Assembly (NCBI RefSeq): GCF_964204865.1
Contig: NC_135252.1
Coordinates: 14,074,001-14,138,000 of the forward strand
Direction of reading: 5' to 3'
Source of the DNA: Styela clava
Lineage: Eukaryota
DNA length: 64,000 nucleotides
Shown: one piece after another, positions 42,801 through 55,824 of the stretch
Layout of the letters: each line of letters opens with the position of its first letter
How positions within the stretch are numbered: the stretch's first letter is position 1
Made by a program: the position numbers and the translations under genes
The notes under the pieces: generated by a model
The model's input: only the letters and a program-made list of their open reading frames with translations
Told to the model about the DNA's origin: nothing
The model's database searches: none

Positions 42801-45800
42801 AACCAATCACAGACTGTTATCACTGTCGTAGCATACAGAGTGCTGCTTCGATCTTATCATGATTCGAGTTGAATCTGTTTAAATTACCGGCAAGTTACAT
42901 AGTATAATGTCATTTCGTTTGAGTGTGATCAAAGTTATGCGTGTATAAGCCTAGCATTTTATAGAAGCCTAAATAAAAGACATAACATTGCGTAATCATG
43001 TGAAACTAGAGTATCATTGACTTCTGTACACAACACAAGGGGTTTCCTAACCGAGTATATTGTATCTACAGATGTGGAACTATTCTTTCACCTGTATTAT
43101 AATAATTTAAACAATGAAATACGCTAGACATAATGTCATGCCTGAACTATCATAAAATGTGAGAGTGTGTTCAGAAGCATAAAATTGAGCTGATAATAAA
43201 TAGAGCATACAAAAAGCAGAACACAATTAAGTATGTGTGGAACAACACACCTTCAAAAGTAAATAATATCTAATATAATGACAGGCAGCCTATACTGACA
43301 TAAATGTATTACAGGAATGGTTGAATGATATATATTGCTATTCGAGGTTACTTTCACTTTAGGCATATTTACGTATAGAATGACACTAAACATGGATAAA
43401 CTCCTTTTAATAAATATTTGCATCATAGAAAATCAATTATGAAAGCTTTTGCTGTAACATCAAGACAAATCATTTTCACAAATCTCTAAAAAATTGAATA
43501 TGTATAATTTAAAATTATTTTTTAGTTAAGTGAACATGCACCACTTCTTAAAAGTCTTTTTATTTAAACTTTGTTTGTTTTTAACCTTACTTTTGTTTGC
43601 TTTCCTGGTTCTATAATCTGTTTTTATTTGTTTTATTTCTATCAAATATTTTATCACCTATGCTGATTACGGAGTCGAAATGAACTTATATTTATTTGTA
43701 GACAACTGAGAACACACTTTTAAGACCTTGCCTTAAAAAGTCCAGTATTATATTCAGGACATGCATTTTTATAATAGAAAATCTATACAGTGTTGACTTA
43801 CGCATAAAACTCATAATTCTTATGTTCTTCATTAACTTCATCACATATAATACAGGAACAATGATGAAGTCGAAGATGACGTAATAATTCATCATTATCC
43901 AAATAACGATAATCACAAAATCTAAAACGAAAGACATATAGTTTATAGATTTTACCATAGTTTTTTAGCTGTCCAGATACATAACAGCTTCAGGAAGCAT
44001 ACTCACAAGTGACACCATTTACATCTATATAGTGTTGCATTGGAGGGAATTTAGCATATTTGACTCATAAATTTGTGGTGAAAAATTTTTTTGGCTCTGA
44101 GAGATCAAAAATACAACTCTGACTCCAATATAAACATGCCGACACTACAGCCTAATAATTACATTTTACTGGAATAAAAACAGGATATACATGCTTACCT
44201 ACACAATGGATGGCCACCCCTTGCTGACCCAGTTTCATCACCATCTTCAATATGTTTCTTTAATTCCGACTTGGAATATGTTTTTCGCTCTTCAGTAAAT
44301 ATCTGAAAACGAATGTAAAAATCTGCTTTTTTCCTATAGTTTCTCAACGTCAAAACATTTTGTATAGCTCATTTCCTTGTTTGGTACCCAGATTCATTAT
44401 GGTACTTAATGGGAGAGCTATAAAACGAATTTATCCAATATCTTAAAATAAATTATGCAAACAATTCTAGTAATTTCAAAAAATCAGCTTCTTCCATTTT
44501 CAATGGCTGCTTTTGCAGAGCCTCGTACAGGGTGAAAGTCATATCAAAGAAATTATGTTTGAATAAAAATGCATTTTAGTAAGAAAAAACTTTTAAAATC
44601 AATATCACTCGCCGTTTCATTTGCTAATTAAAAAAAAACACTTTAACATACCTTACATTGTCTTACACATATTTCACAATAATACAGTTGATGTTTATCA
44701 CGAGCATGAGCTTCTAATCCAGGAAAATTATCGAAAATGGCATTCGGACATTTATTGCAGACATGTCGCAAAAGAGCACTGTAGATTATAACAGAATATA
44801 AATAGCATAGGAAAATATAATTCGGTTAATTTAGCAATGTTTCGTAGGCACTGAATAGTTTCAAAGAAAATGTGCTACTGCTGCATATTATGGTATATAC
44901 AGACCTGACTGTTTGAAAAAAGACAAACAAGAATACCGGAAATTATAAACCAAATAAATTAACATTCAAGTATGCTTATTCCTATAATTATTGTCACATG
45001 TAAGATGTAACCTCTGTTATACAGTCTAAAGCAGGGATGGACAAACTACGGCCAAACAAAGCATTTTGCGTAGCACCCTGTTCTTGGGAGAAATTAGTGA
45101 AGATTTCTTAGAACTACATACAAAATTTAATTTTATTGCTTTGCTTCATCTTCAATTTAACAATACCATAGCGAGAGTCACAGTCAATTTTTCAATGCGA
45201 GTCTTTGCAAAAAAAAAAAGATTTTCAAATAATTCAAACCTCTTTTGTTCACAGACTTTGATGTTTTCAAATGCAATCCCATATTTTTTATCCTTGATAT
45301 AATCGTCAACCTTATGCTCATTTAATGGAAGCAAATTCTTAGAAAATACAACCTAAAAAAATTTTTTTGAGAGAAACTTTGATAGGACAGAAAAACATTG
45401 ATCTAAATAGTCGAGAATTCTGTAACAATATATTATAGTATCAGATTCATTCAGAAATGGCCAAAACTTAATCATTTTCCCTAACATACACAATGAGTAA
45501 AATCTAAACAGATCATTTTAACAGAGAAATTTGAAGAAACAAAATTGGGTGCTCCCGAAGTATGCGAATCAAGATGGCGGACATCGGAACGTAACATGGA
45601 TAACAAGTTAGGGTTAGGCGATAATTTTTTTCCAATTTTCCTCATTTTAGTTCTATTATCAGTTGGAAGACTAGCCAAGAGCCTCCCGTAGTATTTAAAG
45701 CTAAAATTATGGCCTAACCTTAACCTAGTACACATATTACATTCCGATGTCCGCCATCTTGGTTCGCATACTTCGGGAGCCCCCAAAATTGAATTTGAAA

Positions 45801-47292
45801 TCAAATGATTTCTATAATGAAAAATTAAAATCAAAATTTTTCAAAATTTTTCGTTTCTATAAATTCCATGGTAATCAGAAATGATAAAATTAGAGCTAAA
45901 TTAAAATTGGAGTCAACTGTGTCGAAAACTATTGAGTGACTCAAATATCGCTGACTTCTATCTTTAGTCAGTTTCTATGACTTACCAGGTCCAATGTTTG
46001 TCTGCATACTGGGCAGTTCTTATCTTCACATAACACCCGTAATTTAGTACTGCATCTGTAAAAAGGAAAAGCTTTAGAAACTTGACAAATTGATCATTAA
46101 AATCTTTAAAATAACAGCATTTTGAGAAATAATAAAAAATGCTCTCTAAATAAGTGAATGTGGCAATATAAATAAAATGCAGGGCAACAATTCGAAGTTT
46201 GGCATGCTTCCATTGAAATCGAATCGTATTTTAAACTCTCCGAAGTCAAAGTAATTTCCAAAAGATGGAAGTCAGGATTTCAGACTTTGAATGGTGATAA
46301 TCAAAGTCTCAAATTCAAAATTTTGTGAACGAACCGAAAAAAAAGCAGTCTCCATTCTTATAAGTCTATCAAAGATGCGTGTTCAAAATTTTATTTTTAC
46401 TAGAGTTCGGTGCAGAAGCTTGAGTTAAAATTTCCATCAATCTTAATTTTTTGGACTCAGAGCAGGGAGTGGGAATCGATTGTGAATTTCCATGACTACA
46501 CAACCCTGACAAAATGTTTTGACAAAAATTAAATTATAAGAACTGAGCTAACCTGTAACAAATAGGATGTCGACATTCACCAATTGCAAATATTTCAATA
46601 GGATCGGAACAAACTGTACATGGATCATCCTCTGTAAAATAAAATTGCAATATTTTCATACGATAATTGATAGTTTGTAAGAAAATAATTCCCAATTTAG
46701 TATAATACAAGCAAATTGCGCACTTGAGCATTTATCATCTTCAAAATTTTTATCATCAAAGATAAATCGATTAATTTAAAAAAATTATTTTGAAATTGAA
46801 AAATATTAATTAGATAATTTTTTAGCAATGATTCACTAGAAACTGAGTATGAAATCCATCTTTAAAATATTTGTAGAGAAATGAAAAAAATTGGTCCTCA
46901 AATTATCCGACAAAATAAAATTTAAATTACATCTTATCATTTGCAGAAGAATCGAAGAAATCTTATTCCACGAAATTTGTAAAAATATATTGATTACAGA
47001 ATTAAGCAAAATCGAATCACAAAATATAAAACACTAATTTTAATTTGGTTTAACCTAAAATAAAAAATTAATCTGATTGATCTATTCAAAGACTTAAAAT
47101 AATAATGGTAATATTATTGTATGAACAATCGCTTGAAAACAATATCTGAATCTAAGAATATTCTGAGAAGGAAAGCTTCAGAATGTTTGAAGTGAGCGTT
47201 ACTGTAATAATAATCAAAAGAAATTAAAAAATGTAATTTCACACACTTGCACTATCCAAATTAACTGATGATTTTTTTCCTTTGGAATTCAT
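30886..47292 (-). CDS. ZNF598: ZNF598/Hel2-like RING and zinc-finger E3 ubiquitin ligase with two cold-shock-like domains and a divergent C-terminus (about 922 aa, 25 coding exons; true start may be further upstream)
   Basis: Minus-strand exons 47292-47247, 46631-46553, 46055-45986, 45352-45240, 44778-44652, 44302-44199, 43921-43802, 42661-42550, 42467-42371, 41638-41579, 40977-40827, 40448-40326, 39594-39505, 38320-38214, 37350-37181, 36374-36301, 36062-35950, 35294-35208, 34535-34347, 33649-33503, 33403-33336, 32807-32669, 32231-32090, 31477-31319, 30967-30886. All are GT-AG and phase-compatible (2769 nt). RING: CTVCSDPIEIFAIGECRHPICYRCSTKLRVLCEDKNCPVC. Also IFTEERKTYS and GHPLCRFCDYRYLDNDELLRHLR (human, from memory: GHPLCKFCDERYLDNDELLKHLR) and an EFPSL motif. 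It may be a paralog rather than the ortholog; C-terminal exons rest on phase fit alone. Confidence 0.88.
35780..35947 (+). mobile_element. SINE 3' fragment abutting a ZNF598-like splice donor
   Basis: catggactggtaa..cgccatatgataaagcc..cccgggataaatatgtaaatcctatcctc ends at the donor GT (35949-35948, minus strand). Confidence 0.65.
36645..36800 (-). mobile_element. SINE fragment (reverse orientation) cut off next to a MITE
   Basis: ggagtccagcaatc and upstream sequence are the near reverse complement of the SINE core at about 4130-4260. Confidence 0.5.
36807..37087. mobile_element. hAT-like MITE
   Basis: TIR cagtggtgtgcc / ggcaggccactg (10/12) with tgccc(g/a)ggg subterminal repeats; no clear TSD. 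Confidence 0.55.
37434..37757. mobile_element. Tc1/mariner (pogo/Tc2-like) MITE
   Basis: TA TSD on both sides; imperfect TIR ccgagtttccccgaaaataagac / gtcttattttcaggcaaacgcgg. Confidence 0.75.
39077..39466. mobile_element. Helentron/DINE-like non-autonomous element
   Basis: Subterminal inverted repeat tggacacgt (39080) / acgtgtcca (39433); hairpin ggtacggt-aa-accgtacc (39402-39419); terminal tccatatat..gctctcttgtt also seen at about 3393-3429. Confidence 0.45.
39859..39968. mobile_element. Short palindromic MITE, same family as 45547-45784
   Basis: Inverted arms ctcctgaagtatgcgcaccaaga / ttttggtgcgcaaacttcaggag around ggttagggtt. Confidence 0.6.
40375..40977 (-). other. Cold-shock/OB-fold-like domain 1 of the ZNF598-like protein
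   Basis: Exons 40977-40827 and 40448 onward encode GFIARRIEKEYSFIERDDKPSRFEENVFFDLEA..FDRVSAYA..KSKWRALEVEK. Its first 33 aa align without gaps to domain 2. Confidence 0.65.
45547..45784. mobile_element. Palindromic MITE with 6-bp TSD
   Basis: Arms gggtgctcccgaagtatgcgaatcaagatggcggacatcggaa / ttccgatgtccgccatcttggttcgcatacttcgggagccccc; aaaatt on both flanks; internal ttagggttagg / cctaaccttaa. Confidence 0.85.
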
Positions 47293-47544
47293 GACACCTT
47301 TTATGTTGTGCTCGTCACTAATTTTTTTAAAAACATCAGAATCTTCCTTTTTCTCATCTTCCTGGATGCTATAAATTTCCTCATCACATAAAAGAAACAA
47401 ATCTGGATATTTTGAAATCAATTTTTCCAGTCCAACTTTCTGAAAAAGTTATTTAAGTTAATTAAAATACTGTTTACTCAAACAAATAAATTAAATCAAC
47501 ATATCGCACTGCATATACCAGTGTTGAGTAAAAGTTCTTCAACC

Positions 47545-47720
47545 CCACAGGGTGAGGTCAAGCCACAGTTTATTCAAGTCAAGTCAATCATCGACTCAAA
47601 TTTCACACAGCGGTGTCCGACATGGACTGGTAACTGGAGAAGAGGATGTGGTTCCCCATATGATTAAGCCATCTCATCAGCTTATATCTCCTTGGGATAA
47701 ATATGTAAATCCCATCCCAC
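47545..47720 (+). mobile_element. SINE 3' fragment
   Basis: ccgacatggactggtaact..ccatatgattaagcc..gggataaatatgtaaatcccatccc matches the other SINE copies. Confidence 0.6.
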
Positions 47721-49439
47721 TAGGGTGGTGTAGCCAGTCTGCGGACAATTTCATTCAAACTGCTATAAAACATAAACCAATATTTCTAACCCGTTAATTT
47801 TTTTACCGTAGGTGCATTGGCATTTATTCTACACGTTAAACCTCGAATTAACTTTCTACAACCAGGGGTTGAAGCTATACAAACCAGCAAAGTACGACAC
47901 TCTGAAGACGTATTTGCGACCGAACGACCAGTGTGCAACCACGGATTTCAAGCCTTGAACATCGTTTCTGCTGCGCCGAAACTAGGGCATACGTAGCCAT
48001 GCGTAAAAAAATAGGCTTCTAATTGCATTTCTGACCATCATATATTTTAAGAACACGATTATTTCGAACAAAACTCGTCAAATTATAAACAAAGCACCGC
48101 ATCATAGCAATCAAACAGACAAAAACACGGCGCAAACTGGTAGACAAAGCTATTATCGACGTATTGGAAATGCGCACCCCTCTATTCTTCCTCTTTTAAA
48201 TGTAGAAACGCGAAACTTTAAAGATGGTTAAAAGAAACACAAGTTTCATCTCTTTATCTCTCATATTTGTATGGATTTTCAAGCTTTTTTAAAGGAACAA
48301 TGGGTAGTTGGCGACATGGAAAAATTGTCCGTTTTTTTTTTTCGGTCGGGTTTTCGGTTGTAAGTTTTTTGTTTGTGGCTGCATTTTAATGTAATTTCGC
48401 AGGACTACGAGGGATAAGTGGATAACACGTGAGAAATATCGTCGCGGTTCGTTAATTTTTTCATCATTAATTTAATCGATGAAGTTGATGGTCGCAAATA
48501 GGTCGTGGCCGCAAAGTGGGTAGGTATAAGTATAAGTTTATTTCGACTCCATAATCGGCAAAACAATAAGATAAATGATAAAAATAAATAAATAAAAACT
48601 GATTATGAAATCAGGAGAGCGAACAAAACCTTAGATAAGGTTTAAAACGTACAGAATGTATATAAGATGGAAGGTTTTGCCAAGAAGATGTGGTACGTGT
48701 TCACTCACCTAAAATAATTGAAATATTTCACACACGCTCACACGCACCCACACACACAACCATATAGAAGTTATTAAGTAAAGGGAACATGAAAAATTAC
48801 ATACTGGTAGTTAATAAAAAATAAATAAATAAAAATTACTTGCCACACCATATTTATAAATTTATGATGATTGCCACTGCCAAATTGATCAGTTTATTAA
48901 ATGGGAGTGAACAGTAACGATAAACTTTTTTAAAAAAAATTATATAATTAAGCCACCCTATAGCATCAGCGATTAGTACGAGTCCAAGTTATTTTGATGA
49001 GTCTAGTCACTTCAATTCCACAATTTGCATCAAAAATATCTGAATACATATAACAGTATAAGCTACAATAAATCAGTAATTTTAAATATTTACCTTTACA
49101 TATTTACGTTCTTTTTGACTTAATTCAGCTAAATGACCCTTGAAAGAATTCATGCAAAGATGTCCATTTTTGTTAAGCAGGACTTTCTTGAAATAATCAA
49201 TAATATTCTTTTCCATGGTGGTCAACAGAATAACTGAGATAATTTGAGGCTACACTGTTTAACAATGATAAAAAAATTAATTAATTTCAATGATCTGACT
49301 AAATTTTAGGTAAATTACATTGTGTACATCAAAGAAAGCTTTTTTTGTCGATTGCAATTTGGCGGAACAGACATAGACTACATAAAAAAACATCTCGCTA
49401 TAAAGACAATTGCGCAGGGGAATCCCCAGTGGGAAAAAT

Positions 49440-50437
49440 ATCATTTCGACACGAAACCACAGTAGTTTGGTCAGATGGATGTTTGATAGATTTTTGTTAG
49501 AGCCGGTGTAGAAATTTATATGGTTCTATCAAATGTGAAATTGCAAAGTCTAGTCTCGAGTATTGGCATATCGTGCTAAGCACCTGATATATCACCGCGC
49601 ATATTCGCATGCTAGAATCTCGACGGATTGTTTACAAGAGTCTGTGGCATCTTTCTCCATCATCCCAGTCCAGTAATCGGAGACAAATAACTATTGTTGT
49701 AGCGGCCATGATTGTAAACAGTGACCGCTCCTTTTGTTTTACCTAGTAACTAAACTGGCAACGGTAACTTTGGGTGTTGAACCTTAACCATTTTGACATT
49801 GGCGCGATCTCTTTCGGCGTGAGCCACTTGGAGGTAGGACGTGTAAATTTGTATCCTAACCAATCAAAGGGGATTTGGTATTATTAATTAGGCTTAGTTT
49901 TGATTTACATCTAATAATTCTGTTTTTCTTGTTTCGTATAGTATAATTGGTCCCTCCTGTGTAATAGCACTGTATATTACCGGATTTCTGTTTGACAACT
50001 ATTTCACCAACTTTTGACTCAACAATAAACATCTTTGGACAATCATTTCGAGACTTTGGAAGAAACTCAGTCAGAACTGCGTCATCAAAAATAAAGTGCC
50101 TGTACAATCTATTTGTTCCAATCGCTCTAACGAGCACGTCGTATGGTGGCTGAGCTGTTATAATCGTCATGTATCATTTCATACCATATCCTTATTATTA
50201 TCTCATGCTTTAAACCGTAAATATATACTACTAAGTTCAAACATCATTTAAAGGCAAGACCAATTTCGTAATTTCTGGACTGCGTCCTTTTTGTGTCATG
50301 GTGAAGTTCGTGAAAATTTCTGATTCTGAGTAAGATGTATCGTATTTAAAACGGGATAAATAAAAAAAAATACTGATTTGTATGGCGATAAACGCTAATG
50401 ATATTTTCCAATCCTGATTGACTGACCAATTTGACAT
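49440..50437 (-). pseudogene. Possible decayed intronless ORF (type II membrane protein-like), unidentified
   Basis: ORFs 50437-50237 (N-terminal hydrophobic ISLAFIAIQISIFFYL) and 50170-49856 are in the same frame, separated by stops; protein-like fragments continue in shifted frames to about 49440. No family recognised. Confidence 0.25.
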
Positions 50438-50537
50438 TACGTTTCTGATAAACAGAAGACTTTCAGAAATTCTTATTATAGATAACGAGGATTTTTACAA
50501 TCTAGTTTTCTTACATTGCTCAAAGATTTGGTATAAA

Positions 50538-50955
50538 TAGGGTTACCATATTTTTGTGACTTCAGAGTGGGAGCTTATAAATACAACGACCCCTTAGCTG
50601 TGATTTTGTAACTTTACATTTTCCGATTTTACTACATAGGCCTACATTTAAAGCTATCCCGGCTGTCTTCATTGACCATATTGTCATCGAGATTTAATGC
50701 GCATATTCTCTGTCCAAATATCAGGTTCAGTTCGAAAAATGGCAAGGAATTGTCGTTAACGATACCGGTACAAATAATTCGAATTTAGACTAATTAGTAT
50801 TGGTTTTACATGCGATGCGTTTTCTAACAATGTTAGCGAGAAACAACGAAACAAACGCATTTACCTACCCAAAGCGGGACTTTTGGCTGACATGGCGGGA
50901 CAAGACGCTAAAAAGCAGGAATGTCTCGCCTAAATCGGGACGTATGGTAAGCCTA
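50538..50955. mobile_element. hAT (Blackjack/MER81-like) MITE
   Basis: TIR tagggttaccata / tatggtaagccta; cgggac subterminal repeats; 8-bp TSD ggtataaa / cgtataaa. A left-truncated duplicate lies at 59984-60301. Confidence 0.8.
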
Positions 50956-53900
50956 CGTATAAATATAGTGCAATCAGGCAGCTAACTATCGCATTAGTAA
51001 AGTAGTCTTACTCTTCATTATGAAGCAAATTTTCTGTTTGGGAGGGGCGTGTCCTACGGTAAGTCCATACCAGTATTGCAGCTCAGCAATTCCATCGGAT
51101 TCCATAAGTCTTTGTATTCAATGTAGAAAAATTTACATGCAAATGGTTAGAAGCAAAGGTTGCAAGGACAGGATATTGATAGGCCTATGTGTTCGACTGC
51201 AAATCGAAATTAACCGTGTTTCAATGTTTTATAAAAAAAATCATTATTTGTGTGTCATGCTGTAATTGCCTCATCGTTTTTGATAAGACCCTGAGTTGGT
51301 ATAGTTATATTTAAAAGCAGAATATCCAATCAAATGGACGTTTTGGATGCATGAGCATGCCTGATTGGTAGAAATGACGACTGTTGGATTTTAAAAAAAA
51401 TCATCGTGTTACGAATATTGGAAAAACAATCGTGCTAATCGTAGGATTACCTAACATAACTTTATTTTGGATAAGCGTTTTAGTCTTTAGGTAATTTATA
51501 AAACAGGTTTCTGTTACAATTATAGCCATTTATTGGAGGAATCTCAAAATCAAACGATAACGAATTGGACAGTAATGTTTCTATTTACGCAACTTTGTTT
51601 GAAATCTTTCATACATCCGCATATTTCGTATTAATCTGAAACGTACACTGTGATTGATGAGCTTTACTTCGAGGCTTTGGGTCAGATTGCCTCATTTTTC
51701 TATTCTGCAAGGTGTTGTTGTAGAATCTTCTTCCTTCACACTGCATTGTTCAAATACTTAGTATCGTTTTCTAGCCGCCATTACATTGCACACGATCCAC
51801 AGCACAATTAAACAATTTGAAGCAACTGGGTTTCTTCAATGGTACGAGCCACAGCAAATGCAATGTAACAATGTTGAATAAGAGATGAAAGCTAATATTT
51901 TGGCATCATCATGGGAGTTCTCTGAAGACTTGAATGGACTTGTTTAAAACACAGTTAGGCTAATCGACGCGATTTTAACAATCGCATTGGATTTGAAATT
52001 TTTCCTATTGACACGATTAACGATTAGAAACCATTAATTACAGATATGAAGACTTCGCTGAATGAATGCGGCGCGGAGAAATGGGCATTAACAGAGAACC
52101 GTTAAAAATAATAAGTATGAAGCAAGTAACGTTTTATACTCCTTTTTTAAAAAAAAATGTTTATTTGATTATGAGCAGATACATGCGACAAAACATAACA
52201 GTTCGAGCTCATTATTTATTTTTTACTGAACGCCGGAGTTTCCGATACCATTAAATGTTAATTTGAATTTTGGTATAGCGAAAGTTTACAATTTATCTAT
52301 TATATAAACTATTTGGATTTTATGTTTAGCAATTTTGGTCATATGAACATGAGCGTTTCGCAAAACAGAAAGAACAGAAAAATTTGAGGTGAAATATCGC
52401 GCCAAGTATAAAATTAAAAAATATAATCATGACAATACCCTTCCAGTGACTTCGCCTATCTTGGAGTAATGAATATTTGAAATTGATCTCCTCGAATGCC
52501 TGTGTTAGCCTACTATTACTATGTACAAAATGCGCTTTTTATTCATCTTGTCATTCAGAAAAGGATGAGACTTTTTTTTATATATATTTAAACGGATTTT
52601 AATTGTTATTGCAAATGCACATCCAAAAGTTTAATTCCGAGTTAATAATTTTGTTATCGCACTATGATGCTACATCTCTGTGACCTTTCTATGATTTTGT
52701 TTACGCCCTAGTGATCAGTATTGTACTTGATCAAAGTATAGTATAATATGTATACATTTTAACACATGCCCTCTAAGTCTAAACTATACAATAAATCTGA
52801 TTTAAAGTGTCGAATAGGGGGAATTTTTTTTTATATTTATCAGCCGACTCATTTTTGTCTTTATTTTATAATTTCATATCGTAATAATCCATACTGACAG
52901 TTTGATCACAGCGTAAATAAAATGGTCAGGATCTGTATTTCTGCACTGTATTTCTATAAAAATTTGTACTATTGCCCTTTTTTAACATTGTTTTATTTAA
53001 ATAAAATCTCCCTCTCTCTCTCTCTCTCTCTCTAGTCCTACGGCGCATTTATAAATAGAGAGATCGGACTTTAGCTTGCGCCATAGAAAAAGATCTGGAG
53101 CCTCAGATAGATTATACGTTACTAACTGCACCAGTTAAACACAAAACTCAATTCCCTTGTCATGTAAATTGTAAACCATTAATGGTTCTAGAATGAAATA
53201 AATCCTGTTAATTTTATAGTTCGGCCGTTGGCACAGTTGATCATCATACCGTAAATATATACTACTACGATGATACACGTTTGGCACGATTCAAATGAAT
53301 ATATTTCTCTGGTAAATTTAACGAAATGATTATATTTAGTCAATATATATATTTTAAACTTCGGCTGATGTCGCTAATTGTTAGGGGATTTGTTTAAAAT
53401 TTAGAAAATGGATGAAATCGTGTGCTGTGCATTGAACTAGAACAACGAACATTAAATGAGGTCCGTACTTGGTATGAAAATCCTCATTTCACGCTATTCC
53501 AAAACTTCGTGTGCGTCAAGTTCATATCAAATATTTGAACTAAATTGCCTTCGAGACAAGTCCATGCTTAATGGCATCTTACTTTGACACGTATAAGTCT
53601 TTTTCCAAGATTGTTATATCCTGAAATGTATGAGGTAGCCGACACATAACTTGCAAAAAAATCCGGACGATGTCACCACAACTATAAGGAAACATAAAAT
53701 CAAACCACGAGAAGCTAACAACAAACGTAATAATATGCTGAAATTCAAATACATATCTTACTTTTTAGCACTTTTTAAATAAAAATGTTATTACATTTTA
53801 TTATTTAAGTTATACATTGACAATTCTCATTCTTCGACGAGAATACTTGAAAAAAAAATATACTTCATGACGACAAATACAAATGTGATAAATTTTAGTT

Positions 53901-54513
53901 TTATGCTTCTCGTTTACGACGAGGCTTTCTACAATGCCAGTTTCTCGCTTTGGAAATTTTTTAAGCTTAGTATCAACTTTCAGGAATCATGCAATAAATG
54001 TTTTAGCTGTTTTAATCTGATAATCAATCTTCAGATGATAGTTGTACGGGCGTGGAAATTTATCAACATAGACAATTGGTTTTACTAATCGTGCAGTCGT
54101 CGCGAATGATTCAGAATTTCTACGATTTGAACAAAGTTTGTTTTATTTCAACTGAAATGTCTTGTTTAAAAAATTTTGCAATGGTAGTGTAACATATTCG
54201 TAGGAACAATCTATGTTTGAAATTTTGTATCAATATAGATGTCTAATATTTTCTCGTGGGCATGAAAGTAAACATAGGAATAGGCTTAACACAATAATAA
54301 AGAAAGTGATCAAAAAAAGATTTATATTTTAATCGTGTTTTTTTTTCATAATTATATTTTTATCCGTAATTGCTGAATTTAAGACACCAAAAATAAATCT
54401 GCCTAAATTTTTAATTGATCATTTTACGTCAAACCTTGACGTCCTGAACGTCTATTGTTAACATTGCGTCTCATGCAGTAAGCTTTAGGAACAACAACTT
54501 GTTGATATTTCAT
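50646..54513 (+). repeat. Segmental duplication, copy 1
   Basis: Colinear and near-identical to 59984-64000, from atttaaagctatcccggctgtc to ..caacttgttgatatttcat, with scattered substitutions and a few indels. Confidence 0.95.
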
Positions 54514-55824
54514 GGTTTAATCGCGTTTTGTATATTTTGTTTACCACTCGCTTTATATATTGTTTATACGCACTCTGTATTTTTGTATTTAGATTGTCCG
54601 TGAAACGTGACGATTTGGTCACACCTGTCATTCATCTGATAGATTCATCTGTGACATATCAGATAAAGGGTTTATCCTCGCTGTAACGTTTATAATATAC
54701 TCTCTTAAGTATCAGAGTTATTAGAGGCTGAGCCGTAGTACGAGAATTTATTACTTCAACCAAATCAGTCCGAAATGTTTTCATTAAATAAACAAAGGAT
54801 TATAGAAACGATTTAATTTTAATTACATTGAAAACGATATGATAATCAAACAGTTGTTTAGACAAAGATTCACAACTTTACTTCTTTCATTAATACTCTT
54901 CGAATATTAAAAATTCAAAACAGGGAGGGTTTTGTATTTTCTTTTTTAGAATGCCTGATTTTTATAAGATCGCTTTTCAGTGGCGTTATTTTTTTTATTG
55001 TATACCCTCTTGTAATTTTGGGAAACTGAAAACCGTCCAGGGCCACGCTCGGGGATTAATGATGGGCTATTACTAATCAACGAGAGTAGTGGACACTATA
55101 TGATTGGATGTTGATTTGAATGCAACCATTCACATATATGCTTGAAAACACAGAACGCTAACCGTTTTAATATTTGGACACTCTATTCGAATGTCCAAAA
55201 TAAAGACAGAACCTGAAAATTTATATTTGTATAAAAATATATATAGAAAAAATGAATAATATTTTGTCCACTCTAGACTGGTGGTGCTGTTTGTAACAAA
55301 TTAAATTCATTACTGTCAGAGAATACTTTTTATATAAGGTCTCGTAACGACTAAACAAGAATAGAATCCGTCGGATTTTAACATGGTTTGCAAAGCATCA
55401 ACACACATTACCGGCACTGATCCACACATGATGAGAGAACAGCACTGCTATGACCCTTAAATACCACACCATCGAACAAACAAAATTGTGAATTGAGGCA
55501 TAGATACAGTTTATAACCATGTTGCAATATAAAATTATTTCACACAAGTATAGAAATATTGCATGGAAACGAAATGACAAACGGAAATATTTGTAAATCT
55601 TAGATACAGTATACGCAATATATGCTAGCACGTATTAAAAAAATTGTCACAATTGTCAAAAAAGTTCTTGTGGTGTTTTTGGATGTTAGAAAAAGTGTAG
55701 AATAACAATTTGTTATATATTAGATAAAATAACCGTCGTCATGCAATTAAATAACGTATCGTCCTATTTTCTATGCACCAAGAACGTTGTATATTTTCCC
55801 GAGAGTGAACACCGCTTTCAGTCA

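Noticed and set aside
49780-49850. Third member of the peptide family (minus frame reads VLPPSGSRRKRS)
   Set aside because: No acceptor AG at the matching position, no signal-peptide exon and no DEDPFFDFE exon nearby; probably coincidence.
51020-51265. Cys-rich ORF MKQIFCLGGACP.. (also 60366-60659) as a real gene
   Set aside because: Present twice only because of the recent duplication; the 3' frames differ by an indel and no domain or signal peptide is recognisable.
53860-54090. Selenoprotein exon (in-frame TGA at 53989-53987, shared with 63466-63464)
   Set aside because: The copies are recent duplicates, so a shared stop is expected; differences between them are largely non-synonymous and no SECIS was seen. 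A decayed exon or chance is more likely.
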